64,000 nt of DNA from Haplodiscus bocki (Eukaryota): positions 123,008,001-123,072,000 of the forward strand of contig OZ296648.1 in assembly GCA_965655095.1 (NCBI GenBank), given 5' to 3'. Positions within the stretch are counted from its first letter, which is position 1. Each line of letters begins with the position of its first letter. The notes under the pieces were generated by a model. That model worked only from the letters and a program-made list of their open reading frames with translations. It was not told where the DNA came from and searched no databases. The translations under genes and the position numbers were made by a program. Below are positions 63,833 through 64,000 of this stretch, piece after piece.

Positions 63833-64000
63833 ACAAGACGGCCGGCCACCACCGGCATATTCTGCGCCCTCCCATTTATGCAAAGAAGGCTTTTAAAAAG
63901 ACCAAAACGTTTTTTTTTCTCGGAAAAACACTCTTTCTTCATAATAGTTTTTAATTTTTCCAATAGTTTTTAATTTTTCCAACCTTCAAAGTTTCCTCAA
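63833..64000 (-). mobile_element. 3' end of the Helitron-like repeat (best-preserved copy), runs off the window
   Basis: Reverse complement matches 8500-8608. Hairpin GCCGG-TGGTGG-CCGGC, then CGTCTTG|T. Short tandem atagtttttaatttttcca x2. Confidence 0.55.

Overview
AT-rich eukaryotic DNA, probably from an animal (inference). About 60 kb of the 64 kb is nested, decayed mobile and viral DNA. The only intact host gene I can support is an IFT46 with no intron in its coding region (61541-62488, minus). Left to right: (1) a LINE AP-endonuclease fragment; (2) a protein-primed PolB tail; (3) a Helitron-like repeat carrying a 9-bp A/C-rich minisatellite; (4) inside that minisatellite, a complete but dead GalEa-type Copia element (277-bp LTRs, AAAAG TSD); (5) two colinear, heavily degraded Polinton/adintovirus-like proviruses at about 8.6-17.8 kb and 22.5-31.8 kb, each with integrase, penton-like, protein-VI-like, packaging ATPase, major capsid and pPolB remnants, plus an extra plus-strand pPolB/integrase piece between them; (6) a ~27-kb Ty3/Gypsy element on the minus strand (LTR-ORF1-PR-RT-RH-IN-accessory region-env-LTR). 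This element has a class-I-fusion-like env remnant, and its integrase plus accessory segment is tandemly triplicated (~6.6-kb period) as a mosaic of identical and diverged patches, ending in a fold-back inversion. Family calls for decayed genes come from hand translation and recalled family motifs, not database searches. Internal boundaries are approximate.
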